Position numbers and translations under genes: made by a program. Under the pieces are notes generated by a model that was given only the letters and a program-made list of their open reading frames with translations, did not search any database and was not told the origin of the DNA. From assembly GCA_048939625.1 (NCBI GenBank), contig JBHLPH010000003.1:1-64000 (forward strand): DNA of 64,000 bases. Reading direction: 5' to 3'. The stretch is from Promethearchaeota archaeon. Its GTDB lineage: Archaea; Asgardarchaeota; Hermodarchaeia; Hermodarchaeales; Hermodarchaeaceae. This document shows, one piece after another, positions 1 through 9,462 of this stretch. Each line of letters begins with the position of its first letter. The first letter of the stretch is position 1.

Positions 1-254
1 TCGCATCAAATCGCTTGTTAATGAACCGACACCCACGATTATCCCCCGATTCCGTGACAAAACACCGCTTCAACGGAGCCTCCTTCGAAAACTTCAAACA
101 CCCCCAACACTGACTAAACAACCGCACCCCCTACTCTTATCCACCTCCCCTTGGAAAAGCGTACCGAACCCCGACCTCTTTCGCATCGCCTTTAGTTCTC
201 CACAACCCTCTCTCACCGCTAAAAACCCAGACTACCAAAGCAGTACTGGTTTCC

Positions 255-1865
255 ATGCCTTCGGATATCTCCACAACTACAGACCCAGCCCAGGCTCCAC
301 CTCGCGGGGGCCAAACCCACTCAACCGTTTACCTGTGGCACCCCACCATCCAGGCGACCCCAATTTCTAGCAAAGCCCAACTCCACCACCTGCTGACCAC
401 CGAATACTGTGCCCTCACCAACCACCCACACTACCCCAAGCTCCTTGCTGACGCTGAACGCCACATGGCCATCCTCAATCACCTCCAGGATAGAATCCAC
501 CTCCAACACGGCGATATTGCGAAGCTCGCACGCACACTCGGCGCCACCCGCACCATCATCTACCGCCATGTGCGTGAAGCCCTCAAACCCCGCCTCTACT
601 GGTACCTCGAAAATGCGATTTCCAAAACCCACGCCCACACTACCCTTGCCCAAATCCACGACACCAACACCGGCATCCACACCATGACGGACCTCCACGA
701 CCGACTCACCACCTACTATCCCGCACAATATCTACACCAAGCCCGAGGCCAACCAGACCGCCTCACCCAATGTAAGAAATACTTCCAAGTCTTAGCCCTC
801 CTCGCCGAAGGCGGCCACACCTACACCGACCTCGCCCACACCACAGGTAAAACCGTCACCAACATCAAAGAATGGTGTACCAACAAGGCCCGCCCTGGCC
901 TCCTCAACCTCGCCCGTCGCATCCCAGCAACACCACCTGCGCCAGGCAACCAATGGCTTCCCCTCACCATGAAAGGCCGCTTCCACCCCACCCACTTCAT
1001 CCAAATCCCCACCACCATCACAGACTGGAACCAAATACCCCCCGTCCTCCACCAACTGACTCCCCTCTCCAACTCACACATGACAACATGGCGCCACCAA
1101 TTCGGACCAACCCCCACCGATGAAGCCTTCGCCTACCTCCTCGGCAACCTCGTCAGCGACGCCGGCAAAATCACCCCCCACTACACCAGCACCCGCCTCG
1201 AACTCAACCTCTCCCTCAAATACGACTGGAGCCAACAACTCGGCGACGCTGTCTGCTACTACCTCGGACTTCTTGGAATCCGGGCTGATTATAAGACTTC
1301 TAAGAAATGTCATCGATGGCGATCTCAGAACAGCCCGCTCTTAACTTGGATTCAACATACTCTTCTTGGAATCGAACCAAAACTAACAAAAATACCCATC
1401 AAAGCATCATGGCTACTTAAGACACCCTACAGTATCCGTTTAAGATTTCTTCAAGGCATTGCAGATGGCGATGGATGGGCTATGACTAAATACCAAAAAG
1501 TTGGGATTGCTAGTACTACAAACTGTGAATTCATCAAAGATTTACTCAATACTTTCCTTATCAACTCAAGAATCAATGGACCTAATGTTGTAATAGTAAG
1601 AAGAGACAGCATTAATCTCTCATCAGAACTCCCGTTTTTCTTACATGCGAAAAGTCGTCAAGAAAATTTAGAAAAAATCGTACAAATGTTGATTGTAAGG
1701 TCACACAAAGTAGTTAGGACAGTTCCTCAAGAAATTAAAATTGAAATTATCAAGCTTTCAAAGCAAGGTAAATCTGTAGGAGAAATTGTAGAAACTATTT
1801 TCGATAAACATAATTTCTGTTTCTCGCCGAAGACTGTTAGAAAAATCATCAAAAATAATCAATGA
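255..1865 (+). CDS. Free-standing LAGLIDADG homing-endonuclease-like protein with tandem N-terminal HTH-like repeats and a C-terminal HTH
   Basis: Two LAGLIDADG-type motifs (FAYLLGNLVSDA, FLQGIADGDG). No intein N-terminal Cys or C-terminal HN motif. C-terminal helix-turn-helix-like segment (IIKLSKQGKSVGEIVETI). Confidence 0.75.
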   Translation: MPSDISTTTDPAQAPPRGGQTHSTVYLWHPTIQATPISSKAQLHHLLTTEYCALTNHPHYPKLLADAERHMAILNHLQDRIHLQHGDIAKLARTLGATRTIIYRHVREALKPRLYWYLENAISKTHAHTTLAQIHDTNTGIHTMTDLHDRLTTYYPAQYLHQARGQPDRLTQCKKYFQVLALLAEGGHTYTDLAHTTGKTVTNIKEWCTNKARPGLLNLARRIPATPPAPGNQWLPLTMKGRFHPTHFIQIPTTITDWNQIPPVLHQLTPLSNSHMTTWRHQFGPTPTDEAFAYLLGNLVSDAGKITPHYTSTRLELNLSLKYDWSQQLGDAVCYYLGLLGIRADYKTSKKCHRWRSQNSPLLTWIQHTLLGIEPKLTKIPIKASWLLKTPYSIRLRFLQGIADGDGWAMTKYQKVGIASTTNCEFIKDLLNTFLINSRINGPNVVIVRRDSINLSSELPFFLHAKSRQENLEKIVQMLIVRSHKVVRTVPQEIKIEIIKLSKQGKSVGEIVETIFDKHNFCFSPKTVRKIIKNNQ

Positions 1866-1870
1866 TACAA

Positions 1871-2791
1871 TTATGAGCCAATGTAGCGATCGACGGCGTC
1901 GAGCAGGATTTGCATCATTTCTTCCTTGCGACCCTGATCAATGGCGACCATGCCGAAGGCGGGGATGCCGAGGATGCGTTCGACGAGTTCGGGGGTGAGG
2001 GCGCCTTCGAGGTCTTGTTTGTTGGCGATGGCCCAGACGGGGACGCCGGGGGCGTCTTTGCGGATGACGTCGAGGATTTCTTTGGTGGCGATGACGTTGT
2101 TGAGGGTGGAGTCGGTGATGATGAAGACGATGTCGGATCCGCGGAAGTAGATGGTCCAGAGTCGGCGGAAGCGTTCTTGGCCGGCGAAGTCCCAGAGGAT
2201 GATGGAGTAGGTGCCGTAGCGGGTGGCTTCGATTTGTTCGATGCTGAGGGCGATGGTGGGGACGTATTCGGTGGGTGGGGCGCCGCCTTTGAGGAGTCGG
2301 AGGAGGGTGGTTTTGCCGACGCCGCCTTCGCCGACGAGGCTGACTTTGAGTTTGCTCATGATGTAGTTGTCGATGAGGTCTTCGAGGGGTTGGGGGTTGT
2401 CGCTGTTGCCGATTTCTTTGGTTTGGTCAGTGCCGAATTTGCCGACGATCATGCGGAGAGCGGTTTTGACTTTTTCGGAGACGCGGTTGTCTTCGTCTTG
2501 CATGTGGCTGATGAAGACAAGGAGGAGGTCGTCGATGTTGGTGAAGATATATTTGGCGCCTTGGATGTGGATGGGGAGGGCGGGGATGTCGCTGGATTGG
2601 ACGTGGCTCATGAATTCTTTGTAAGCGCGGAGGAATTCGCGGATTTGGTCGTCAGAGAGCTCCACGCGCCAGTATTGTTTGCGAAAAATGACGCTGGCTT
2701 GGAGACCGACTTCGTCTTTGCGGGGGCTTATGCTGAAAAGTATTGCATTGTGGATTATGGCCCGCACATCCCAGGTGGTTTGCTTCGTCAT
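1871..2791 (-). CDS. Small Ras/Arf-superfamily GTPase with N-terminal longin-like domain
   Basis: G1 GEGGVGKT, G2 YVPT, G3 WDFAGQ, G4 NKQD. The ~140-aa N-terminal alpha/beta domain is assigned as longin-like by inference. Confidence 0.85.
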   Translation of the reverse strand: MTKQTTWDVRAIIHNAILFSISPRKDEVGLQASVIFRKQYWRVELSDDQIREFLRAYKEFMSHVQSSDIPALPIHIQGAKYIFTNIDDLLLVFISHMQDEDNRVSEKVKTALRMIVGKFGTDQTKEIGNSDNPQPLEDLIDNYIMSKLKVSLVGEGGVGKTTLLRLLKGGAPPTEYVPTIALSIEQIEATRYGTYSIILWDFAGQERFRRLWTIYFRGSDIVFIITDSTLNNVIATKEILDVIRKDAPGVPVWAIANKQDLEGALTPELVERILGIPAFGMVAIDQGRKEEMMQILLDAVDRYIGS

Positions 2792-2893
2792 TCTTGTTTA
2801 TCGGAGTGGCGCTGATAAGCTTTTTGGCGAAGGGGCTTGGTGGGGGTTGGATTTTAGGTTCTGCTTGAGTTAATTTTTTAATACATAAAGCGT

Positions 2894-4168
2894 GTGATGG
2901 GAAGCGAGGATGACGGCGTGTCAACGATTGATGTCTATGAGTTGCCGGATTGGTTCGCGAAGCAGACAGAGGATTTGCTGTTTAACTATCGGACAGATAT
3001 TCAGAAGCAGATGGACCGGATAGAGGAAGCACTAGTTGATTCGACGGAGACTGCAGAGCAGTTATTGGCTGAGGTGGTAGTTGACGGGGAAATGACTGTG
3101 CCAGGAGCGGCAGCGAAGCTAGCGAATCGGCTCAAATCCTTGTTTGAATCCATCGAGTTTCCTGAAGAAATCACCTATGCGTCGATTGAGGAGCTTTTAC
3201 ACGATTTGGAAGGGTATATTCGGGAGGTGACGATGGCGGGTCAGCGGTATATTCGGCGGCTCCCGAAGGTGCATAAACGCGTCGTCAAAGAATTGGATTA
3301 TCAATTTCGGACAATAAATCAAGGATACCAGAAGATACGGAAGGTCTGGGAAAAGGACAAATTACCCAAGAAGTTGGATAAGATTCGAGAGGAAGTCGAA
3401 GAAATCGAAGATCGGTCTCGGCAACTGGTGAAGCTATCTGAAGATCTTGATGAGTTAAAGAAACAACGGGAGAAGGCAGAGGGACGAGTCGAAAAGCATC
3501 AGGACGGAATTGAACAGTTCCGTCAGGATTCTGGACTTGTGGAAATTGAAGAGATTCGTCGCGAGATTGACAGCATCCGGATGATTGTCACGAATCAGTT
3601 GAACTTTTTGAAGAAACCGTTTAAGAAACTTAGTCAGGCGGCTGGACAAAAAGTGATGATTTCATCAACTGCAGGCGAAGGCGCTGACGCTTATTCTGTT
3701 GATCCCTGGCAGGCGTTTCAGCAGGATACCGAAATGCTAACCCGCTTGAAAGCAGGGCTGAATGCGTTGGCAGATGCGATTGAAGGAAAGAAACTGACAT
3801 TTAAAGCGAGTCTAGATCGCAAGATAATTAATCGTCGGGCTGAGGTGATAGAGAAAGGTATCTTAGATGAATACCGCCAGCGGCTTTCTTCCCTTGAATC
3901 GCGGAAAACAGAGTTGAAATCCTCAGTTTCAATCGACGAACGGCGCGAATTAGAGAAATCCTTAGAACGGGCAAAGTGGGAGAAACGTGATGTAACCGCG
4001 GAAATCGCACATATTGAAGAACAAATGGACAAGGTATCTGAAAGATTGAAAACCCTTCAACAGCGACTTGAAAAATCATTATCAAGTATTTTACGTGGTG
4101 ATGTTGAAATCGAATTTCCCGAAGAGGTAAAAATCCTCCTTGGTCAGGATTTAACCGATGAATCTTAA
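2894..4168 (+). CDS. Long coiled-coil hypothetical protein
   Basis: 424-aa ORF, E/K/R-rich heptad pattern. Confidence 0.75.
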   Translation: MMGSEDDGVSTIDVYELPDWFAKQTEDLLFNYRTDIQKQMDRIEEALVDSTETAEQLLAEVVVDGEMTVPGAAAKLANRLKSLFESIEFPEEITYASIEELLHDLEGYIREVTMAGQRYIRRLPKVHKRVVKELDYQFRTINQGYQKIRKVWEKDKLPKKLDKIREEVEEIEDRSRQLVKLSEDLDELKKQREKAEGRVEKHQDGIEQFRQDSGLVEIEEIRREIDSIRMIVTNQLNFLKKPFKKLSQAAGQKVMISSTAGEGADAYSVDPWQAFQQDTEMLTRLKAGLNALADAIEGKKLTFKASLDRKIINRRAEVIEKGILDEYRQRLSSLESRKTELKSSVSIDERRELEKSLERAKWEKRDVTAEIAHIEEQMDKVSERLKTLQQRLEKSLSSILRGDVEIEFPEEVKILLGQDLTDES

Positions 4169-4232
4169 ACTAACCTGTCACAAAGCCTTTTTAGCCCATA
4201 TCTGTTGATACGATAAGTAGAGGCGATGAAGT

Positions 4233-4529
4233 ATGTCGCAAGAATATCAAGCTATTACACAGCGCTACATCCTCCCGATGACTTCATACCTCGTTGAGCT
4301 AGGACGCATGGGAGATCGATGGGCCGTAAAGGTGTTTCGAGGACCCACTGAAATTAGCACGACCCCCTTAACAACTGACCTGAACCACAATGAAATATTC
4401 AATGCGATCCAAAATAACGTATCAATGCCAATGTTCAGTCCAGAACGGATGTTTGGAACTATTGGTCGAATGGTTCAAGAGGCGCGTATAAACACATCGG
4501 GTGGACCTGAGGTTCAACCTAGTCAGTAG
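4233..4529 (+). CDS. Hypothetical protein
   Basis: 98-aa ORF filling the intergenic gap, with upstream TATA-like CTTTTTAG and GAGG. Confidence 0.65.
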   Translation: MSQEYQAITQRYILPMTSYLVELGRMGDRWAVKVFRGPTEISTTPLTTDLNHNEIFNAIQNNVSMPMFSPERMFGTIGRMVQEARINTSGGPEVQPSQ

Positions 4530-4567
4530 ACTACGGCTTGTTCACATATTTTGTTTCTTAGCATGGG

Positions 4568-5794
4568 CTAGGACCGCTTTTCCATGAACGTTTGGACAGA
4601 ATCCAAAGCAGCGTTGAGAATTGTGGTCGGGGCAAGGAAAACCAATCGGAAATGGTTCGCGCCATATACTGGATCAAATCCCGATCCATGGACGACAAGG
4701 ACTCCCGTCTGATGAAGTAGGTCCATGACAAACGCCTCATCTGTATGCCATCGCGGTTCAAGGTCGATTTTTGGAAAGATGTAGAACGCACCTTCAGGTT
4801 TTGATGTCGAAATGCCTTTGATTTCGTTCAACCGTTTAAATACTAGGTCACGACGTTGGCGGAGACGGGCGACGACATCATTGAGATAACCATCGCCTTC
4901 TCGGAGAGCAGAAGCGGCGGCATATTGAGCAGGAGCGTTTGTGCATATTCGAATACGTGCTTGCTTGAGGATATGTTCTTTCAAATCTTCGAGGTCGTGA
5001 TTGGGGTGATGGAAGTACATATACCCAATCCGCCAACCGGGAACAAGGTAGACTTTTGATAAGCCATTGAAGCCGATGACAGGAACATCCTTGGCTAAAG
5101 CAGCAGTACTTTTGGGTGCTTGATCATAAATGAGCCGATCATAGACTTCATCTGAAATTAAAGGTAAGCCATATTCTCCAGCTAGGTCAATAAATGATTT
5201 GACAGTCTTCTCGGAATATACGGACCCTGTGGGGTTGTTAGGATTGATGAGAACAATGGCTGCCGTCTTGTTTGTAATCTTGGCGCGAATATCATCGATA
5301 TCAGGTTGCCAGCCCTCTTCTTCGATACAGCGATACGTAAGAGCTGTTCCATCAAAGAATCGGACAAACGCCAGATAGGGAGGATACGTGGGTCCAGGTA
5401 CTAATACTTCAGATCCGGGGTGAACCAAAGCCGCCATTACCATTTGGATGCCCTCTGAAATTCCAGCTGTTGCTATCACGTCGGTTGCCGTGAGAGAGAC
5501 CTGGTTGATTCGTTGTTCTTTCTCAACGACAGCTTCACGAAAATCGGAGATTCCAGGTGATGGCGAATAGCCATTATGTCCTTCTTTGGCTGCTTTACAA
5601 AAGGCGTCTATTAGGAATGGAGGGGTTTCGAAATCATAGACAATCGGATCCCCGATATTGAGATAGGTGATTTGCTTTCCAGTAGCTTCCAGCTGTTTTG
5701 CAGTTACAACAACATCGCGGATTGCATATTGGATGGTTTTTGTTCGATTCGTGATAAGATTACGAGAAATCGGTTTCTTGGGCATGCACTTCAC
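4568..5794 (-). CDS. PLP-dependent aminotransferase class I/II (alanine aminotransferase-like)
   Basis: LNIGDP, INPNNPTG, SDEVY and GLSKVYLVPGWRIG (PLP lysine) motifs. Confidence 0.92.
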   Translation of the reverse strand: MKCMPKKPISRNLITNRTKTIQYAIRDVVVTAKQLEATGKQITYLNIGDPIVYDFETPPFLIDAFCKAAKEGHNGYSPSPGISDFREAVVEKEQRINQVSLTATDVIATAGISEGIQMVMAALVHPGSEVLVPGPTYPPYLAFVRFFDGTALTYRCIEEEGWQPDIDDIRAKITNKTAAIVLINPNNPTGSVYSEKTVKSFIDLAGEYGLPLISDEVYDRLIYDQAPKSTAALAKDVPVIGFNGLSKVYLVPGWRIGYMYFHHPNHDLEDLKEHILKQARIRICTNAPAQYAAASALREGDGYLNDVVARLRQRRDLVFKRLNEIKGISTSKPEGAFYIFPKIDLEPRWHTDEAFVMDLLHQTGVLVVHGSGFDPVYGANHFRLVFLAPTTILNAALDSVQTFMEKRS

Positions 5795-5874
5795 CTAGGA
5801 AACTGAGGGCATTGACTAGGACAGTGCATTGGACCCCATTTAAAGTCTTAAGATTGTTCGTTGTCAAAGAGGAT

Positions 5875-6129
5875 TTATCGCCTAGTCTTTTTCCATTGTT
5901 TATAGGCTAGCTTCACATCTTTCCGAGTGACGGTCTTTCGTCCTGCAAACTCGGAGAGTTCTTTGGCGATAGTGGCGACTTCAATCCCTAGTTCTTCAAG
6001 GACTTCTCCGAGTTCTGTTGCTGCGTGTTCACTGACACGTTCGGCTCCAGCCTTTCGGATTAACCGGTCAATAGGAGCCAAGGGGATGATTCGTGTGGTT
6101 TTTTCTCGAGGCATTTGTAACACCGGCAT
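5875..6129 (-). CDS. Archaeal histone (HMf-type fold)
   Basis: PLAPIDRLIRKAGAERVS...AGRKTVTRKDVKLA histone-fold signature. Confidence 0.95.
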   Translation of the reverse strand: MPVLQMPREKTTRIIPLAPIDRLIRKAGAERVSEHAATELGEVLEELGIEVATIAKELSEFAGRKTVTRKDVKLAYKQWKKTRR

Positions 6130-6270
6130 TTAGCTAAAATAACCGTTCTTGTTGCTCCTACTTAAGTTTTACACCGATAAAAAGCCTAATCCTTATAAAA
6201 GCTGTATTAAAGCCCTTATTTCCATTGAAAAAGCAGCCTAACAGGGAATAACCTACCAGATAACATGATT

Positions 6271-6645
6271 TTAGTTTGAAACAGGCGGTGAAGGTTGTTT
6301 CAAAAGCTGTTTAACAACATCTAGCCATTCGACACCGATTCGCCAAGATGATACTCCTTCATCCGCTTGCTGAATCATTTTTTCAAGAAAGTGTTCGCCC
6401 ATTTGTTGTTGCATGCGAGTCAGAATTGTACCTACAGTGACTAGACCCATCACGGGATTTGCCTTTTTGGCGAAGCGTGCAAGTTCGGAGGTGGTATGCC
6501 AAAGACCATCACTAAGGCAGCGTAAGATCTCGCGTTTTACAGCGTCTTTTTCTGTCATTTGCTGTAGGAGAGAGAGTTTCTGACTCTGGGCCGGTTGTGG
6601 GGAGTGTTCAGGTTCCATGGTGAACCCTCGAATGATTTCTATCAT
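6271..6645 (-). CDS. Winged-helix-like hypothetical protein
   Basis: ILRCLSDGLWHTTSELAR wHTH-like pattern. Confidence 0.55.
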   Translation of the reverse strand: MIEIIRGFTMEPEHSPQPAQSQKLSLLQQMTEKDAVKREILRCLSDGLWHTTSELARFAKKANPVMGLVTVGTILTRMQQQMGEHFLEKMIQQADEGVSSWRIGVEWLDVVKQLLKQPSPPVSN

Positions 6646-6789
6646 CGGTAGGTTTTAAGCAATTCCCCATCAAGAAAAAGCAGTAAGCAGGCATTTTCGT
6701 TTTTGTCAAATGAGTGCTAGGAATTTCTGATTGGCGCCATTTCAAATAAGTCTTAAAAGGAAAAGCTGATATGAACGAAACCATTCCGA

Positions 6790-7644
6790 GTGATTTCTAT
6801 CATGATTATTCCGCTTTTGATTTTAGCCTTAATGCAAGGATTGCTTGAGTATCTACCGGTGAGTAGTGAAGGGCAGATATTATTAGTTGGAGTGAATGTT
6901 TTCTATTTTGATTCCGCTTTTGTGTTATCCCTCGTATTTTGGTTGCATTTTGGTACAGCATTCACCGTTATTGCGTTCTATCATCGAGCAATCTTTGGTC
7001 CTCTATATCAGCGAATACACCCACCTAAGGATGAAGCATCAGAGACTAGTTCTGGGAAACTCTTGGGACCACTGTTTGTATTTGTGGTTGTGGGAACAGT
7101 GGGAACGGTCTGTGTAGCGTTGCCGCTCTATTTCTTTTTGAAAAGTTGGGTTACTTATCTGATGGGTAGTTTTGTAACTCTACTGATTGGAATTCTTCTC
7201 ATAGTGACCGGCGTTGTGTTGTATTTTCAACGAGGAGCAAAAGGTGACCGAACGTTATCAGATATTTCTCTCCGCGAGGCTTTTGTTATTGGATTGCTTC
7301 AGGGGATTGCAGTTCTTCCCGGGATCAGCCGGTCTGCCATGACATTGACTTGGCTTCTCATCCGTGGTATTGACAGAGAAGAAGCGCTTAAATTGAGTTT
7401 TATTCTGAGTGTACCAGCGACCTTTGGCGTGGTTGCGTTGGATTTTATCATTGAAGGTGCCCTGTTTATTGTGCCTCTTTCAATTCTGCTGGGCTTAATG
7501 GCGGTGGCTTTCCTTGTCGGTTTACTGACACTTGCTTTGTTACGTTATTATGCCATCCGAGTTCCGTGGTGGATCTTTACTCTTGGGTTAGGTGTGTTGA
7601 TCGTTATACTCACTATTCCGAGTCTTATCATTGGAATTCCCTGA
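6790..7644 (+). CDS. uppP: Undecaprenyl/polyprenyl-diphosphate phosphatase (BacA family)
   Basis: QGLLEYLPVSSEGQ and PGISRS motifs, multiple TM helices. Confidence 0.9.
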   Translation: MISIMIIPLLILALMQGLLEYLPVSSEGQILLVGVNVFYFDSAFVLSLVFWLHFGTAFTVIAFYHRAIFGPLYQRIHPPKDEASETSSGKLLGPLFVFVVVGTVGTVCVALPLYFFLKSWVTYLMGSFVTLLIGILLIVTGVVLYFQRGAKGDRTLSDISLREAFVIGLLQGIAVLPGISRSAMTLTWLLIRGIDREEALKLSFILSVPATFGVVALDFIIEGALFIVPLSILLGLMAVAFLVGLLTLALLRYYAIRVPWWIFTLGLGVLIVILTIPSLIIGIP

Positions 7645-7703
7645 AGTTGAGGCGATATGCTTTAATATGGGTGGCGCTGACCCTCGCTCAGAGGTCAGCT
7701 AAA

Positions 7704-8357
7704 TTGACATTAGAAACTTCAGGAAATCGCGCTGAATACAAAGCGATTGCTATTGCTCAAGACCATGCAGGAATTGTGCTGCAGGCTGCAAAAGCCCTTC
7801 GAGTAATGATTGAGGATTGGATGGACGGACGGACGAAGGTCCACCGAGAACACTTCAATAAGTTAGCTAAACTTGAAAGAAAAGCCGATACCGTCAAGCG
7901 AACACTACTCGACGAATTATCAATTTCTGAAACTATGCTTCGCCGAAGTGATTATTTCCGTCTTGTAATGCGGACCGATGATATTGCTGATCTTTGCGAA
8001 GCTTCTGCATGGGACCTGACAGGATTAGAAAAATTTCAACCAGATGAAAAAACACAGAAACATTTCAAAGCCATGCTTGATGCCCTCTCGGATGCCGTGT
8101 ACAAGATGCGTCAGGCGATTATGTTCTTAGAACAAAATTCTGACAAAGCCGTCGAATTTGCCATGCAGGTCGACTTAGCCGAACGAGAAGCGGATTCTGC
8201 TCACCGAAAATTCACTCAATTTCTATACAGTTCCAACATTGAAATTACGGTGTTACTCCGACTGAAGGATTTGGGCCAGCACCTTGAAGAAATCGCTGAT
8301 GCGGCAGAAGATGCAGCCGATGCAGTGCGAATTATTGCGATTGCCCGTGTGCCATAG
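7704..8357 (+). CDS. DUF47/PhoU-like phosphate transport regulator
   Basis: Repeated ERKAD/EREAD...DDIADxxE motifs. Start moved to the TTG at 7704 (GAGGT upstream) to avoid overlap with uppP. Confidence 0.8.
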   Translation: MTLETSGNRAEYKAIAIAQDHAGIVLQAAKALRVMIEDWMDGRTKVHREHFNKLAKLERKADTVKRTLLDELSISETMLRRSDYFRLVMRTDDIADLCEASAWDLTGLEKFQPDEKTQKHFKAMLDALSDAVYKMRQAIMFLEQNSDKAVEFAMQVDLAEREADSAHRKFTQFLYSSNIEITVLLRLKDLGQHLEEIADAAEDAADAVRIIAIARVP

Positions 8358-8415
8358 TACCTCTTTTAAACTGCGTCACCACTGAATACACACAGCTGTA
8401 TCCATGTGAGTTGAA

Positions 8416-8976
8416 ATGCCACCAGTTAAACGAATTTCCGCCCAAATTGTAGAGAACAAAGTCGTAATCTGGAATCCTGAAGAGGGATCCAAACTCTATG
8501 GCGACGGTTTTTATGGTAAACCACTGGGAATTCGAAAACCTAAAACCACCGAATTTGATCGCCCTTCTCAACTCTCATTCTTTGAAGCCCTACATTTACT
8601 TCGTAAAGGCAAAATTGAAGTTTATACCGAAGAGGAAGGCAGTCCACTTAAAGAAAAAGATCTCATTGAAATCGCGGAACAGCAACACAAGGACTTCAGT
8701 CGGAAATACCAGGTTTATGAAGATCTGCGGAAACGGGGGTTTGTTGTACGACCCGGGCTGAAATTTGGAGCTGACTTTGCAGTCTACCGTCATGGCCCAG
8801 GGATTGATCATTCCCTCTTCATCGTTGAAGTCATCGCGAAATCCGACGAAGTCTCGGCAATTGAAGTTGTACGTGCGGGACGTTTGGCAACTTCAGTACG
8901 CAAACGGTTTGTCTTAGCAACTTCAACTGAAACAGGAAAAGTACGGTATTTCGTCTTCTCATGGATTAAGCCCTAA
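8416..8976 (+). CDS. endA: tRNA-splicing endonuclease, catalytic subunit
   Basis: GLKFGADFAVY, GPGIDH and SVRK supply the Tyr/His/Lys triad. Confidence 0.95.
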   Translation: MPPVKRISAQIVENKVVIWNPEEGSKLYGDGFYGKPLGIRKPKTTEFDRPSQLSFFEALHLLRKGKIEVYTEEEGSPLKEKDLIEIAEQQHKDFSRKYQVYEDLRKRGFVVRPGLKFGADFAVYRHGPGIDHSLFIVEVIAKSDEVSAIEVVRAGRLATSVRKRFVLATSTETGKVRYFVFSWIKP

Positions 8977-9047
8977 GGTATGGTATGACCCTCCACATTT
9001 TTACCACTGGATTTTTATGAGGAATTATAGAGTTCACTAACACTGAA

Positions 9048-9368
9048 GTGATTCCAATGAGTAAAGAGGAGAATGCCACGAAAACCCTCGAATTGTTAGA
9101 AGAGGCATGGAAGGTTAATTCCGCGATTCTTATGACCGACGATTATGTGTATATGATGTATCAGATTGAAGAAGGGAAATGGAAGGAAGTCAGCTTCATA
9201 TTTGATGATGCTAGCTTAGAGGTCCGTGAGCTCGAATCCGAAAAGGCACTTATGCTCCTTATCGAGGAAATCCGAACGGGTTTGCCTGGTTATAAATCGT
9301 ATACGACCGTTCTTGATAACGACACACGGGAGACCGTGAAAGAGAAGGTTCAAGCTGCAGCTAAATAG
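9048..9368 (+). CDS. Hypothetical protein
   Basis: 106-aa acidic ORF filling the gap. Confidence 0.65.
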   Translation: MIPMSKEENATKTLELLEEAWKVNSAILMTDDYVYMMYQIEEGKWKEVSFIFDDASLEVRELESEKALMLLIEEIRTGLPGYKSYTTVLDNDTRETVKEKVQAAAK

Positions 9369-9462
9369 CTATGCAATTCAACGACTACGAATTAGCACAA
9401 GAGATAAGACAGACAACCGAAGAAACCCGCTTGCCTGGGGCTACTACCGTTGTATCCAAATC

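Noticed and set aside
255-1865. Intein or group I intron context for the LAGLIDADG ORF
   Set aside because: No splicing motifs, no host extein and no flanking rRNA/tRNA sequence seen.
1910-2815. 301-aa D/E/G-rich + strand ORF
   Set aside because: Antisense shadow of the GTPase gene, kept open by the extreme local codon skew.
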